NCBI RefSeq assembly: GCF_004010195.1
Contig: NC_057749.1
Coordinates: forward strand, 20,269,182-20,333,181
DNA from: Chiloscyllium plagiosum
Taxonomy: Eukaryota
Length of the DNA: 64,000 nt
Reading direction: 5' to 3'
In this document: positions 61,854 to 64,000 of the stretch, in pieces
Numbering within the stretch: the first letter of the stretch is position 1
Layout of the letters: every line of letters begins with the position of its first letter
The notes under the pieces: generated by a model
Told to the model about the DNA's origin: nothing
Seen by the model: only the letters and a program-made list of their open reading frames with translations
The model's database searches: none
Position numbers and translations under genes: made by a program

Positions 61854-63559
61854 GTCTGTCCAGCTCTGGTTTATTTCAATCTTTTGACTAGCCTGTTGGG
61901 ATTCAGTGGACTCGTTTGCCCCTTTTTGAGGAACTGTGACCATTCCAAAGCTGTAATTACCTAGAATTACAATGAGATTTTATTGTCACCGAAGTTACTG
62001 AAAATATGATGTAAAAGATCAAACATTGTTCACATGTATGGAAGGAGGAGTACTGCAGCCCATGCACAAGTAATTAATTAAAATCTAGCACTTTTTGTTT
62101 TTTGTTACCCCCAATTTGATGGGGATCTGCCATTCTGATCTCTTTATATAATGTTTCTCCCAATTAATGACAGTTATAGGGATGGGAAAAGCAAAGGGTC
62201 TGCATCATTTCGGGTCCTCATTGTTGGTAAAGTGGCATTGAATTGTGTGCTGAAGCTTGTCATGGCTTTGTATGAAACTGGCATCGATTTCACCAATTCA
62301 CCAGTCTCCTTATTGGGTCATTTGTTAACATCCCATTAACTGGTTGTGAATAGTGTGTTGTCTCCAGGGAGTTGGAGTGGCAGATCGCCCTGGCATTCTA
62401 ATGCAGGTGAAATTCGTAGTAAGCAACAGTATTTTGCTAATTTATCCTGAATAGAACATCACTTGCCTTTTGAACCGCTACAAATTTTCACGGTTGAAGG
62501 CAGCGATTATGGACAATTAATCACTTGGGTTGCTCTGGTGCATTATTAGGTATGTCAGTAAACTTGTCCACTCTTAAAAAAGGGTAATGTGCATTGCAAT
62601 TTTATCTATTGGGCTCAAAGTTTCAAGAGCACATACCATCAACCTCCAATCTGACCTTTTCACAAAACCTTGTATTGTATTTTATTTGGATTCCACTAGG
62701 TATTCAACATATTTCTTCTTTCGTCCTCTTTACCAGTTACTGATTCCTTCACATAGGCAATGACTGTTGAGCACTGAAGGCTGTGTTGCCTGCCAGGGTT
62801 AAGGATGATGATATGGTTTGGAAATGAGTGTAAAGTGGGAGGGGAAGGACTAAACTGTCATGGCCCACATGGGTACCAATGACATAGGTTAGGCAAAAAA
62901 AGAGGTTTTGCTTATTATGAGCAACTGGGACTGAATGAAAAAGCATAACCACAAACATAATCTTTGGATTGCTACCTGACCTTTGTGAAAATTGGTATTA
63001 GTAAATACAATTGCAAAGCTAAATACATTGTTCAGAGTTGGAAGTGAGAGAAATAAGTTTTGACATTTTGAAAGGATAGGATTAAAAGAATTAGAAGTTG
63101 GGGTAGCTCTTTTAATAAAGGTTGAGATCAGTGTAGTGGTGAGAAATGATCTTCGCTCAGACGATCAAGATGTGGAGTAAGTCAAGGTGGAGATAAGAAC
63201 TAGCAAAGGAAGTAAGTCAATGCTGACAATGGAATATAGATGCCCCCCCACCCATTAAGTAGTTACACTGTAGGGCAAGAGTACAAACCAAAAAATACTT
63301 GGGCTTGTAAGAATCTGCAAGGAGTTTTAGATTTAAATTTCTTACGTTCAACCTGAAAGTGAAATGCTGTCATGTTATGATCATTTCTGCCCAGCAGGTC
63401 CTCCATGATAGGTCTAAATAGGTTGCACCCTGGATGGTTCCTCAATCTATCATTCTAAGAAACTATCCTGATTACGCTTGAAGTCATCCTCTGCACTATT
63501 CTTATCAATTTGATTTGACTAATGAATATGAATATCAGTTGTCCATGATTTCTTACCTG

Positions 63560-64000
63560 GAGATCTGAGTGTTTTTGTACATAAATCGTAAAACGTTAAT
63601 TTACAGATAGCACAAGTGATGAGGAAGGCAGCTGTGATGTTGATCTTATTTGTACGAAGAATGGAATAACAAAAAAAGTGAAGTCTTACTACAACTTACA
63701 GGGCCAAACCATTGCCATAGTGCCGTGTACAATTTGGGCCACCTTACTTATGGAGGAGTTTACTTATTTTGGAGCAAGTTCACAAAAAAGTTCATTGGGG
63801 TGATAGCTGGGATTCTCATGTTGAGAGGTGACCCCTCTTGGCTCCTCTTGGGCACGAATTTAGAGCGAGGGCAAAATTTCAAATAAGGGATTTTCCTTTT
63901 GAACCTAAAATGAGAAATAACTTTTTCTGAGGATCATTTGCCGTTGCAATTCTCTTTCACAATGAGCAGTAGAGACTGAATCATCGAATATATTTGAGAG
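63560..64000 (+). mobile_element. Decayed CR1-type LINE 3' region (runs off the window)
   Basis: gtgtacaatttgggccaccttactta, and gggcaaaatttcaaataaggg...aaatgagaaataactttttc. Confidence 0.6.

Overview
This window is eukaryotic genomic DNA, very probably from a shark. The inference rests on its repeat set: HE1-type V-SINEs, CR1/HER1-type LINEs and Deu-domain SINEs. The whole window appears to lie inside one + strand gene, casein kinase 1 gamma 1 (CSNK1G1). Six consecutive internal coding exons (22429-22580, 35806-36040, 38286-38371, 52146-52230, 55661-55809, 61755-61853; 806 nt) have GT-AG boundaries and splice in frame into most of the kinase domain plus the start of the C-terminal tail. The 5' and final exons were not found and probably lie outside the window. 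The rest is intron, dense with decayed mobile elements: CR1-type LINEs, a second CR1/L2-group LINE with a tRNA-like head, L2-like remnants, V-SINEs, Deu-SINEs, Tc1/mariner-type MITEs and a Gypsy pol remnant. Most ORFs in the track are LINE/SINE fragments or spurious. I see no convincing novel protein-coding system. The most notable non-obvious signals are: (1) several distinct families of short Penelope-like terminal elements carrying minimal hammerhead-ribozyme cores, with inversions and long target-site duplications; (2) a 278-bp intronic palindrome with a second outer inverted arm and strong transition bias; (3) local sequence apparently copied into nearby CR1 copies; (4) a tRNA-headed LINE with internally deleted SINE-like derivatives. 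Repeat boundaries were read by eye and are approximate.
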